DNA of 18,011 bases from NCBI GenBank assembly GCA_037445915.1, contig JBBIJQ010000040.1:1-18011 (forward strand), read 5' to 3'. The position numbers were made by a program, and so were the translations under genes. Under the pieces are notes generated by a model. That model made no database searches. It had not been told where the DNA came from and saw only the letters and a program-made list of their open reading frames with translations. Below are positions 7,259 to 17,497 of this stretch, one piece after another. The first letter of the stretch is position 1; each line of letters starts with the position of its first letter. This stretch comes from Planctomycetales bacterium (GTDB taxonomy: Bacteria; 4484-113).

Positions 7259-7558
7259 ATGGTAGTCACTCTAAACGCTACGTTGCGCGCCGATTACGGC
7301 AAGGAGAAGATGAAAAAGCTCCGTGCCGGTGGCAAGATTCCGGCTGTCGCCTACGGGCCTAGGCTGGAGAAGCCGCTGCACCTCGTGCTTGATAAGATTC
7401 CGACGCGGAAATCGCTCGTTGAAGGCGGCAAGGATGCCGAGTATGAGCTGGTTGTCGGCTCCAACAAGTATCCTGTGCTTCTTCAAGAAGTGCAGCGCGA
7501 CCCGGTTACCGGCGACCTGCTGCACTTGGACTTCTATATACCCGAGGCTGCTGAATAG
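7259..7558 (+). CDS. rplY: 50S ribosomal protein L25, short single-domain form (99 aa)
   Basis: L.A..R...GK....KLR..GKIPAVAYG ... VLLQEVQRDPVTGDLLHLDFY. The ATG at 7259 follows the SD and is preferred over the TTG at 7235. Confidence 0.9.
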   Translation: MVVTLNATLRADYGKEKMKKLRAGGKIPAVAYGPRLEKPLHLVLDKIPTRKSLVEGGKDAEYELVVGSNKYPVLLQEVQRDPVTGDLLHLDFYIPEAAE

Positions 7559-7560
7559 CC

Positions 7561-7566
7561 TATAAT
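7561..7566 (+). promoter_or_regulatory. Consensus -10 element TATAAT upstream of the nurA-like gene
   Basis: A perfect TATAAT in the 21-nt gap between the rplY stop and the GTG at 7580. Confidence 0.5.
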
Positions 7567-7579
7567 CCTGGCTGGGGAA

Positions 7580-8629
7580 GTGGCAACAACACAAACAACT
7601 GATAGGCGTAGAAACCTCCAGGTCGTCTCCGACTTCCTGGTGCGCGTGAAGGCGCGCACCTCGCCCATACCAAGCCTGGAGGAAGACAACTTCCGTATGC
7701 GCGAAGGCTTCCAGCGCTTTTCCGTGGATTTGGTGGAAGACGCCAGTCCCGGCATAAGCTTTCTGGAAGCGCCCGCCGAGCCGCCGGAGAGGATGGACTA
7801 CTTCGCAAGCAGCCTGCAAAGGACGCAGCTTGTAGGCCATTTTTACGCCGACGGCCAGGAAGTTCCGATTCACTACGTCATCGTCTCCTCCATCGTCCTT
7901 CGGCGCACAGGCCGGGTCTTCCGCGCGTGGTCGCATGCGATTAAGGAGGAGTATATCCTTGCGCCGCTGAGCTTTCTGCCGAACGCGCAGGATTTGGTGC
8001 GAGACTTCACTGGCGACATTCCAGTCGTGCTGGTAGATTCGGGCGGCCAGGAGCTTAACTACACGCAGCTCCGCATTGCGGCCGTCAACCGCGCGCGCGA
8101 GCTGAAGTGGGATACGCGCCAGCGCCTCTTGAAGAAGTGGAACGCCGAAGTTGGAACCGACCATAGTGCGGTAATGGTCCTCAACGACTCGCTGCTCCAA
8201 AACCACAACGACGAGCTTACGCCCAACATTGTAGGCTTCGTGAGGATGGTTTACGTCCCATTCGTAGGCAAGGAGAAGCTGGCGAACCACCTCGTCTTGC
8301 CGGAGTTCCAGCGTGGTCAGGTGTTCAAGATTCATGACCCGGAGCACCCCGGCAACACCAAATACTCCTGGTTTCTCAAGCTGCGGCATGTTAGCCAGGC
8401 CGGGCCGGAGTATGGGCTGATGCGCCTGGAAATCCTAGCCTCAAGCGATGATGAGGCTAAGCGCAAGGCCGACGACATGTCCTACCTGATGGTGCGGGAA
8501 CGCTTCCCAGTGACCTTCCCTGCGCCGGAATGGGACAAGCTGATTTTCCCGCACAAGCTGTGCGACCAGTATCTCAATAGCCTGGTCCCGTCTTCGGACA
8601 CGATCCAGGCATACTTTATGCGCGTTTGA
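7580..8629 (+). CDS. NurA-like (RNase H-fold) protein, apparently with a degenerate active site
   Basis: C-terminal motifs resemble bacterial NurA (VLND, IVGFVR, L..FQRGQVF, SWFLKLR, GLMRLE, LIFP...DQYLNS), and the gene lies directly upstream of a HerA-like ATPase. Confidence 0.65.
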   Translation: MATTQTTDRRRNLQVVSDFLVRVKARTSPIPSLEEDNFRMREGFQRFSVDLVEDASPGISFLEAPAEPPERMDYFASSLQRTQLVGHFYADGQEVPIHYVIVSSIVLRRTGRVFRAWSHAIKEEYILAPLSFLPNAQDLVRDFTGDIPVVLVDSGGQELNYTQLRIAAVNRARELKWDTRQRLLKKWNAEVGTDHSAVMVLNDSLLQNHNDELTPNIVGFVRMVYVPFVGKEKLANHLVLPEFQRGQVFKIHDPEHPGNTKYSWFLKLRHVSQAGPEYGLMRLEILASSDDEAKRKADDMSYLMVRERFPVTFPAPEWDKLIFPHKLCDQYLNSLVPSSDTIQAYFMRV

Positions 8630-8680
8630 TGCGGCCTAGGCTTTCGCCAGGCTGATGGGTACAACCGGTGAGGTAACACA

Positions 8681-10420
8681 ATGAACGAAGCATGCAAGTA
8701 TCCGAATTTCGTCAACTTCGCCTACGGGCCGGTTGGCAAGGCGACTTCCACCAAAGACAACCCGAACACAGCCGCCTACTTCCATTTCTGGATTGCCGAC
8801 GGCATGGAGACGGTTGAGCTGGGCAACATCGTCGCCGCCTGCACTCCCGACGGGCATGTCACATTCGGCAGCGTTACCGAGCTGCGCACGGTGATGGACA
8901 TAGACAACTTCTTGTCCGACTACATCAGCCACGACTTCGGCAACCCCGCCATCGTCCCGCCGTCCGACATCGCGGAGATGATGGTCGCCAAGTGCGTGGT
9001 CATCAAGTGCACGACCGAGCGCGTCCGCCCCATTGGGCGCGGCGAAGTTTACTTCGCCTCCGAAACCGGGGTGGGTTGGAGCCTGGGAATGCTGGACTAC
9101 GCAGGCGAAGGCCGGGGCGTGCCTATCGGCGTAATGGAGAATGGCGATGGAAGCCTCATACCCATCCTGCTTGACGATGAGTTCCTGGTCGGGCCGGAAG
9201 GTTCGCATATGAATATGAGCGGTATTTCGGGCCTCGCGACCAAGACCTCTCTGGTTGAGTTCCTCCTCAAGTCCATGTTTGATACGATGGTGCGCGGGAA
9301 GCGCCGCCGCGTTTGCGCCGTGTTCTTTAACGTGAAAGGTAAAGACATGCTTTACCTGGACAAGGCGAACCCGCAATACGAGAAAGACGACCCCTACACC
9401 AACAAGTGCCGCGACATCTATAAAAAGCTCAACATTGAGCTGATGCCCTTTGAAAATGTCCGCATCTTTGCGCCCTACGACCGCAAGTACGAAGGCCATA
9501 CCAAGAGCTTCCGGCGCGACGGCAAGGTGGAGCACTTCATCTGGGAGCTCCCCGAAATCGTGGACGACATTCCCGAACTCTTTGACAAGGAGTCGTGGGA
9601 CGAGTCGGTGGAAGCGGTCTATGTTGACGTCCGCGACCAGATAGAGCGCCAGCCCATCCGCTCATACGACCAGCTTATCAGCTACCTCAACGAAGAACGG
9701 CGCGTGCTGAGCAACGCCTCGGTGACGCACTGGCACGGCCACGAGAAGCAGGTTTTCTACAAGGCCGCGAAGAACCTGGACGCGCTGCCCGGGCTGTTTG
9801 ACGGCCTGGTCTGCGTCGGCGGCGTTGACGAGGTGGACATCCCGCTGCACGACCTCCACAACGGCTCCATCTTCGTGGTTGACATCCAGTCTCTCAATGA
9901 CCGTGGCCAAGCGATGGTGTTCAATAAAATCCTCAAGCGCGTCTACAAGATGCTTGTGGACAAGAACGTAAAGAAAGACTTTGACACCGCGATTTTCTTT
10001 GTGGACGAGCTTAACAAGTTCGCCCCGCGCGACATTACCGTTGAAGCGCCGATTAAGCAGTCCGTCATTGAAATCTGTGCGCGCGGCCGTTCGCTGGGCG
10101 TCTCGCTCTTTGGCGTAGAGCAGTTTATGAGCCAGGTTGACCGCCAGGTCGTGGACAACTCCTCAACCATCATCTACGGCCGCACCGGCCCCGCAGAGCT
10201 GATGACCGTAGAATACAACTGGCTGGACATAGACGTGCGCAACCGCCTTACGACCATCCCTCGCGGAACATTCCTGCTCAAGCACGCGAAGTTCGTGCAG
10301 CCCGTCTTCGTAAAGTTTCCTTACCCGAGCTGCGTCCCCGGCGACCAATACGAGGAAGAAGAAGGACTGGCCGCCAAGCGCGAAGCCGCAACCGCTTTCA
10401 CTTTCAAGCGCGACATCTAA
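8681..10420 (+). CDS. herA: HerA-like (FtsK/HerA family) ATPase / DNA translocase, bacterial NurA-partner type
   Basis: N-terminal HAS-barrel-like region, variant Walker A HMNMSGISGLATKTS, FNVKGKD, Walker B FFVDELNKFAP, RGRSLGVSLFGVEQ and FPYP. SD GAGG at 8670-8673. Confidence 0.85.
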   Translation: MNEACKYPNFVNFAYGPVGKATSTKDNPNTAAYFHFWIADGMETVELGNIVAACTPDGHVTFGSVTELRTVMDIDNFLSDYISHDFGNPAIVPPSDIAEMMVAKCVVIKCTTERVRPIGRGEVYFASETGVGWSLGMLDYAGEGRGVPIGVMENGDGSLIPILLDDEFLVGPEGSHMNMSGISGLATKTSLVEFLLKSMFDTMVRGKRRRVCAVFFNVKGKDMLYLDKANPQYEKDDPYTNKCRDIYKKLNIELMPFENVRIFAPYDRKYEGHTKSFRRDGKVEHFIWELPEIVDDIPELFDKESWDESVEAVYVDVRDQIERQPIRSYDQLISYLNEERRVLSNASVTHWHGHEKQVFYKAAKNLDALPGLFDGLVCVGGVDEVDIPLHDLHNGSIFVVDIQSLNDRGQAMVFNKILKRVYKMLVDKNVKKDFDTAIFFVDELNKFAPRDITVEAPIKQSVIEICARGRSLGVSLFGVEQFMSQVDRQVVDNSSTIIYGRTGPAELMTVEYNWLDIDVRNRLTTIPRGTFLLKHAKFVQPVFVKFPYPSCVPGDQYEEEEGLAAKREAATAFTFKRDI

Positions 10421-10501
10421 GAACGGGGCAAGGCAATTCCGCCGCTGCGCCGAAGCGATATATTCCTGGAGGCATTCGCTGTTCCAGGGGAGGGAAGCAA
10501 A

Positions 10502-12814
10502 ATGGCTTCAAGAAAGCTATATGCAGCCGCACTAGCGCTGTTCGCCCTTGTAATTTTGGGCGCTGGCGCCACTTCGTCTTGCGCTAGGCACTTTCATGCT
10601 CTCAATCCCGCGCCGCCAAGCGCGCAATCTGCCGCGCAATTTGACACTTCAATCGGGCCGCCGCCTGTCCTGGAGCTTGACGCGCTGCTTGCTGGCGCGC
10701 CCCGCGCGGTGAGCGAGGACAGCCAAGTCGTGAGCACCGGCGCTGAGTATTCACCGGCGGGCTCCGGCGCAACAGGCTCAAGCGAACTTTGCATTGAAGT
10801 TGAAGGCGCAGACCTTAACCTGCGCGCATACGAGCCAGGCGACTACACTTATGCGCTTTTCGCGCAGCAGGTCGGAGACGGAATGATGGGAGGCGGGCGC
10901 GACGATGAAATCCCGCTGTCTTTCTACATGGGCTTTGCCGACTTTAGCCTCGGCGCGTGGCGCTGGTACGGCCCGTTTAGCGACAATGCGGAAGCCGCCC
11001 TTTACGGTCCTACGCTGCAAAACCGCTTCAAGTCTCCCAACGATACTTTCTACACGTGCGTCCTCACGGCAAGCGCGGGGCACGGCACTAGCTCGCTGCC
11101 TGCATCGGGCTATGTCGGCGCGCTGCCGTTCGCAAATGAAGCTAAGTCAGCCTCCGTCATTGAAAACCCGTTCGGCGTGAAAGTGCGCCAGCTTGCCACC
11201 AACACCGGGCTAGGCGATGGCACTATCCCCGGCGTAGTCACAGGCGTACTGGCCGATATGGACGTTAGCGGAGCGACGACGCTGACCTGGGAAGCTAACA
11301 TAGATCCTGATGTCACGAAATACCAGGTTTACAGCTCGGTGTGGAACTCAGACCGCTGGAACACACGCACTTTCGTTGGCGAGGTGAACGCGCCGACCCT
11401 CACGTTCACCGACACGCTTTCAATGACCGCCTTCACCTACCAATACGAAGTCATGGCGGTAAATGCCGTTGGCACAGGCGGGCCCGGCATTGACACCGCC
11501 GGCACGCCTGCAATTCTTGGCCATCCGGGGTTTGCGCCAGCATCGGGCGTCACTGGCAAGACGATAAACTTCGCCGCACTTGTCGCTGGAAGCGAGCCGA
11601 TTACATATAGCTGGGATTTCGGCGCTGCAGGTTCTCCGAGCACAAGCAGCGAAGTGATGCCTTCAGTGCTCCTCGGCGCGCAGGGCGAATACTCGTTGTC
11701 GCTCCAAGTGTCTAACGGATTTGGCAGCGACATAAGCTACTTCTTCGCCTTCCAGGTTATGCCGCCCGGCATCGGCTGGCACACGCAGACGGTGATTAGC
11801 GCAGGCTCCGTCGGCCAGCATACATCGCTTGCGGTTATTGACGGCTCATACGCCGCGATTACCTGCTCAAGCGCTTCCGGCTTGCAATTCGTCATGGCTG
11901 AGGACTACCTCTATGCGCGCACATGGCTTCCGCCGGTCGTCGTGGAGATGGGTGGAAGCATCGGCGATTACTGCTCGCTGACCACAGTCGGCATGGTGCC
12001 GGCGGTCACGTATTTTGGCAACGACATCCGCTATCGGAGAGCCGTTGACTACTATGGCGAAACTTGGAGCCCGCCGGCAACTCTCGCGCCGCTCGGCGGG
12101 GGTGCGCAGGGCACGTCCCTTTGCGTCGTTGACGGCAATCCCGCCGCGACTTTCTTCAACGACACGCCCACCAACGGCCTGAAGTTCGTCCGCGCCACAG
12201 ATGCGGGCGGCGTATCGTGGGGCGCGCCGGTTTTGGTTGACGGCGCCAACGCGATGACCGGCTATTTCAGCTCGCTTGCGGTCGTGAACGGGAATCCAGC
12301 AGCCGCTTACTACGGCAGCGGCCTTAAGTATTGCCGCGCATCCGATGCGGACGGCGCTACATGGGGAACGCCGGTGGTCATTGACGACGGCCCCACCAAA
12401 GGTAACTTCGCATCGCTGGAAGTCGTGAGTGGCCGCCCCGCCATCGCCTACTACGAATACCTCGGTATGGGCAATGGCGCAAGGCTGATGTATGTGCGCG
12501 CGCTTGATGCCAATGGCGATGCATGGGGAACGCCGCAAGCGTTGGACACTGAGACCGGCGCGGGCACCGGCTCATGGATATCCATGGCAATCATCGGCGG
12601 GAAGCCGGCGGTAAGCTATGCCAACGACCAGACCGCGAACCTCATGTATGTCCGCGCGCAGGATGCCGCGGGAACGTCGTGGGGCGCGCCCGAGGTTGTG
12701 GACGGCACGGGCTATGTCGGCGGATACACGTCGCTCGCCGAGCTGCACGGCAAGCCTGCCATCGCCTACTGGAATTTCTACGACGACGACCTCATGTTCG
12801 CCTGCAAGTATTAG
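10502..12814 (+). CDS. Secreted/lipoprotein with FN3-like and PKD domains and a C-terminal seven-repeat beta-propeller
   Basis: N-terminal hydrophobic signal ending ATSS-C. FN3-like LTWEAN..PDV..YQVY...YQYEVMAVN..G. PKD-like PITYSWDFG...GEYSLSLQVSN. Seven repeats G...SL..V.G.PA..Y....L.Y.RA.DA.G..WG.P..VD. SD GGGGAGG upstream. Confidence 0.8.
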   Translation: MASRKLYAAALALFALVILGAGATSSCARHFHALNPAPPSAQSAAQFDTSIGPPPVLELDALLAGAPRAVSEDSQVVSTGAEYSPAGSGATGSSELCIEVEGADLNLRAYEPGDYTYALFAQQVGDGMMGGGRDDEIPLSFYMGFADFSLGAWRWYGPFSDNAEAALYGPTLQNRFKSPNDTFYTCVLTASAGHGTSSLPASGYVGALPFANEAKSASVIENPFGVKVRQLATNTGLGDGTIPGVVTGVLADMDVSGATTLTWEANIDPDVTKYQVYSSVWNSDRWNTRTFVGEVNAPTLTFTDTLSMTAFTYQYEVMAVNAVGTGGPGIDTAGTPAILGHPGFAPASGVTGKTINFAALVAGSEPITYSWDFGAAGSPSTSSEVMPSVLLGAQGEYSLSLQVSNGFGSDISYFFAFQVMPPGIGWHTQTVISAGSVGQHTSLAVIDGSYAAITCSSASGLQFVMAEDYLYARTWLPPVVVEMGGSIGDYCSLTTVGMVPAVTYFGNDIRYRRAVDYYGETWSPPATLAPLGGGAQGTSLCVVDGNPAATFFNDTPTNGLKFVRATDAGGVSWGAPVLVDGANAMTGYFSSLAVVNGNPAAAYYGSGLKYCRASDADGATWGTPVVIDDGPTKGNFASLEVVSGRPAIAYYEYLGMGNGARLMYVRALDANGDAWGTPQALDTETGAGTGSWISMAIIGGKPAVSYANDQTANLMYVRAQDAAGTSWGAPEVVDGTGYVGGYTSLAELHGKPAIAYWNFYDDDLMFACKY

Positions 12815-12841
12815 GCGCTGTTCGCTCATTAGATTAATCAC

Positions 12842-12875
12842 GAGTACGCCGGGCTAATCAGCCCGGCTCTGGAAT
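12842..12875. repeat. REP-like palindrome, a copy of the element at 5488-5521, between convergent genes
   Basis: GAGTACGCCGGGCTAATCAGCCCGGCTCTGGAAT is 30/34 identical to 5488-5521. Confidence 0.8.
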
Positions 12876-12921
12876 ATGGAATCCCGACAACGACCTACGA
12901 ACTACCTCTGGGATCCGCCCC

Positions 12922-13830
12922 TTAACCCTCTTTCTGCCCTTCCACCTGTTTCTTGATGTGCTTGAGCCCATACTTGTCCAGGAAGCCCAGGAATTCCTCG
13001 CGCCTGAAGTCGGGGGCGCGGATACCCTCATGCTCCGGCGGAATAGCGCAGTCCTTTTGCAGGCTCACCAGCTCGCGGAACTGGAAAACTTCGCCCTTCG
13101 CCGCGCGCAGCGCCTCGCGGATGCGCTCCGGCTTGACTTCCTCAAGCCGCGCGTAGATGCTCTCCAGCGCGCCGAAGTCCGCTACCAGCTTCTGCGCCGT
13201 TTTCTCGCCCACGCCCTTCACGCCGGGTATGTTGTCCGACGGGTCGCCGCGCAGCGCCTTGTAATCAACGAAAAGCCTCGGCGCAAACCCATACTCCTCG
13301 TGGAACAGCTCCGGCGTCCACACCTTCACTTCCGTAACGCCCTTCGTTTGCATCACGACGTATGTGTTCTCGTCCAGCAACTGCAGCATGTCGCGGTCGC
13401 TGGTGAGGATTAGCTGGAACTCGCTGGGATGCTGCACGGCATAACTCGCGATGAGGTCGTCGGCCTCAAATCCCGGCTCAAGCAGCACCGGGCAAGAGCA
13501 AGCCTCCATCCCCTCAATCGTTACCGGGAATTGGTGTATCAAGTCGTCTGGCGGGGGAGGGCGGTTGGCTTTATACTGCGCGAAGCCCTCGGTGCGGAAG
13601 CTCGGCTTCGCAGTGTCAAAAAACGCGGCGCAACCCTTCGGCTGCACGTCGCTCACGACCTTAAGGAACATTGAAAGGTAGCCGTAAACGGCGTTGATGG
13701 GAATGCCGCCTGCGCTGGTGAGCTCGCGGATGGAAAAAAACGCTCGGAAGATTAGCCCGCTTGCGTCAATGAGTAGCACCGGCTTAGGCTTTCCCTGCAA
13801 CGCGTCATACTGCGCGGCATTCTTCGCCAT
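12922..13830 (-). CDS. Stand-alone 5'-3' exonuclease / flap endonuclease (PolI N-terminal domain homolog)
   Basis: LLIDASGLIFRAFF, YKANR, GFEADDLIAS, TSDRDMLQL and the helix-3-turn-helix DYKALRGDPSDNIPGVKGVGEKTA. It ends at 302 aa with no polymerase domain. Confidence 0.9.
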   Translation of the reverse strand: MAKNAAQYDALQGKPKPVLLIDASGLIFRAFFSIRELTSAGGIPINAVYGYLSMFLKVVSDVQPKGCAAFFDTAKPSFRTEGFAQYKANRPPPPDDLIHQFPVTIEGMEACSCPVLLEPGFEADDLIASYAVQHPSEFQLILTSDRDMLQLLDENTYVVMQTKGVTEVKVWTPELFHEEYGFAPRLFVDYKALRGDPSDNIPGVKGVGEKTAQKLVADFGALESIYARLEEVKPERIREALRAAKGEVFQFRELVSLQKDCAIPPEHEGIRAPDFRREEFLGFLDKYGLKHIKKQVEGQKEG

Positions 13831-13832
13831 CC

Positions 13833-14705
13833 CTAAACCCCGATCTTCCCTTCAAAGACGATTGTGGCGGGTCCGCTCAGGTAGCACGGCGCATCGTCGG
13901 AGGGCCAGGTCACGTATAGCTCGCCGCCGCGCATGCGCACGTTGGTGTAGTCGCCGCGTTTGACGCGCCCAGTGAGAACCGCGCTCACGACCGCAGCGCA
14001 TGCCCCGCTGCCGCAGGCCATGGTTTCGCCGCACCCGCGCTCCCACACGCGCAGCTCAATCTGGTTGCCGACCATGCGCGCAAAGCCCGCGTTCACGCCG
14101 TCGGGGAACAGCGGCGAGCGCTCAACCTTGCGCCCCATCTCCGCGACCAGCTCGTCGCTGATGTCGTCAAGCCACATCACGCAATGCGGGTTGCCCATTG
14201 ATATGAGCGTGCATTCCGCGATGAAATTGTCGGCGAGCTGAAGCGGCTTGCCGATGTGCTGCGGCCCGGCAACGCTGGCGGGAATAAGCTCAACGTCAAG
14301 TTCCGGGACCGCAATCTCCACCACGACTATGGCCTGCTCGCGGGCTGATAGCCCCGGCACGAACTTGAGCCTTGCCGAATGCGGCTCGCCGTTCACGCAA
14401 ATGCTCAAACTTTCCGGCTGGTTCTCCAGCCAGCGGGAGACAAAAAGCGCGGTGCAGCGCAGGCCGTTGCCGCACATCCCCGCGTAGCTCCCGTCGGCGT
14501 TGTGGTAAACCATCTCCGCCGTGCAGTCCGCGCCCTCCGGCGGCTTGCGCACGAAGATGATGCCGTCCGCGCCGATGCCGTTTCGCCGGTCGCAAAGCCT
14601 GCGCGCAAGCTCCGCCTCGCGCCCGGCAAAGATGTCCTCGCGGTCGTCAATGACCACGAAATCGTTTGACGCCCCTTCCATTTTCGTAAACGGTATCCGC
14701 AACAT
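13833..14705 (-). CDS. dapF: Diaminopimelate epimerase
   Basis: FTKM.G..NDF, GIGADG, NADGS..GMCGNGLRC, SMGNPHCV, VWERGCGETMACGSGACA and GGEL. Confidence 0.95.
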   Translation of the reverse strand: MLRIPFTKMEGASNDFVVIDDREDIFAGREAELARRLCDRRNGIGADGIIFVRKPPEGADCTAEMVYHNADGSYAGMCGNGLRCTALFVSRWLENQPESLSICVNGEPHSARLKFVPGLSAREQAIVVVEIAVPELDVELIPASVAGPQHIGKPLQLADNFIAECTLISMGNPHCVMWLDDISDELVAEMGRKVERSPLFPDGVNAGFARMVGNQIELRVWERGCGETMACGSGACAAVVSAVLTGRVKRGDYTNVRMRGGELYVTWPSDDAPCYLSGPATIVFEGKIGV

Positions 14706-14708
14706 AAC

Positions 14709-15188
14709 CTACTCCAAATACATCGCTTCCCAGCAATAATGCGACCGCAGCCAAATGTATATCAGGCTCACGTATGCGAGGCCGATGAGCGCGTGCGCAT
14801 ACCCAACCGGCCCGCCGAGTAGGTATAACACGAGCCCGTAAATACCTGATGCCTCTGCGAGAGCGCATACGACGATGAACATCCGCATCAAGTATGCCGC
14901 CTTCGCCGCTTGCGCGAACTGCGCAGGGTCTTCGGGCACCTCGCGCCCCTGCAGGATGTCTGCGCTCACGCGAAGCTTGCGCGGCCGCCCGATGAGGAAG
15001 ATGTCAAGGTTGATGATGATGAGAAGCTGGAAGATGCCGAAGAACAAGAGGATGTAGCCGAGCACCGCGCCTTGCGGCTGGCTTCCCGCGGCAGGCGGAA
15101 TGATGTTTGCGGCGATAAGCGCCTGGTACATCACGACGCTAAAGAAAAACGCCACCCACAGCACATTCATTAATATCCGTTGGTTCAC
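14709..15188 (-). CDS. Hypothetical integral membrane protein (about four TM helices)
   Basis: GTG start with SD AAGGAGGGG (15202-15194), four hydrophobic segments, and a stop 3 nt before the dapF ATG. Confidence 0.75.
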   Translation of the reverse strand: MNQRILMNVLWVAFFFSVVMYQALIAANIIPPAAGSQPQGAVLGYILLFFGIFQLLIIINLDIFLIGRPRKLRVSADILQGREVPEDPAQFAQAAKAAYLMRMFIVVCALAEASGIYGLVLYLLGGPVGYAHALIGLAYVSLIYIWLRSHYCWEAMYLE

Positions 15189-15202
15189 GTTAGCCCCTCC
15201 TT

Positions 15203-17061
<1,859 letters not shown>

Positions 17062-17065
<4 letters not shown>

Positions 17066-17104
17066 AAGGGTAGAACGTAGATGGTAGAACGTAGAACGGA
17101 AGAA
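17062..17104 (+). repeat. Left heptamer array (GTAGAAN)n
   Basis: GTAGAAG g GTAGAAC GTAGATG GTAGAAC GTAGAAC GGAAGAA. The array contains the lepA stop codon and the ATG of the next gene. Confidence 0.9.
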
Positions 17105-17479
17105 GGAAAAGAGGAGGAGCGCTATCACACCTTGGTCGTGTGGCAAGTTGCTTTCCAACTAGGGCTTGAAATCTATAGATGCACTCAGTCTTGGCCCAAG
17201 CACGAAATATACGGCCTGACTAGCCAAGTAAGGCGCGCTGCCGTTTCGGTGGCAGCAAATATCGCTGAAGGCTACGAACGGCGTAGGAAAGCGGAGCTTA
17301 TCAGGTTTCTAGATATTGCCCGAGGTTCGTTAGGCGAGGTTGAGACGTTACTTCTTTTTGGAGTTGAGCTGGAGTACTTAAGCCGGAGCGATTACGATGA
17401 GCTTGAAAAGTTAAGAGTTCGTTGCGCAAAGTTGATCCGCGGCTACCTGAACTCTCTTGCATCACCTAAGGCTGACTGA
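17081..17479 (+). CDS. Four helix bundle protein (23S rRNA IVS protein / Avd-like family)
   Basis: L.VWQ.A..L...IY..T..WP..E.YGLTSQVRRAAVSVAANIAEG...FLDIARGSLGEVETLL. GC is lower than in the flanking genes. Confidence 0.92.
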   Translation: MVERRTEEGKEEERYHTLVVWQVAFQLGLEIYRCTQSWPKHEIYGLTSQVRRAAVSVAANIAEGYERRRKAELIRFLDIARGSLGEVETLLLFGVELEYLSRSDYDELEKLRVRCAKLIRGYLNSLASPKAD

Positions 17480-17497
17480 ATACAGAGGAGTTGGTTC

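Noticed and set aside
8633-8653. Hairpin GCCTAGGC-TTTC-GCC-AGGC between the nurA-like gene and herA as a terminator
   Set aside because: The stem is imperfect and has no U-tract; at most it is a stability or processing element.
9205-9250. Non-canonical Walker A (SGISGLATKTS) as a sign of an inactive HerA
   Set aside because: This variant is, to my knowledge, characteristic of the bacterial NurA-associated HerA subfamily, and Walker B and the arginine-finger region are intact.
7271-9535. Long antisense ORFs 7271-8389 and 8636-9535, and similar shadows elsewhere
   Set aside because: They are antisense shadows of real genes, expected in GC-rich DNA, and carry no recognisable motifs.
12922-13830. 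Truncated polA pseudogene
   Set aside because: The length matches stand-alone flap endonucleases, the stop is clean and no polymerase remnant follows.
17081-17479. Diversity-generating retroelement or rRNA intervening sequence
   Set aside because: No reverse transcriptase, TR/VR pair or rRNA is in the window.
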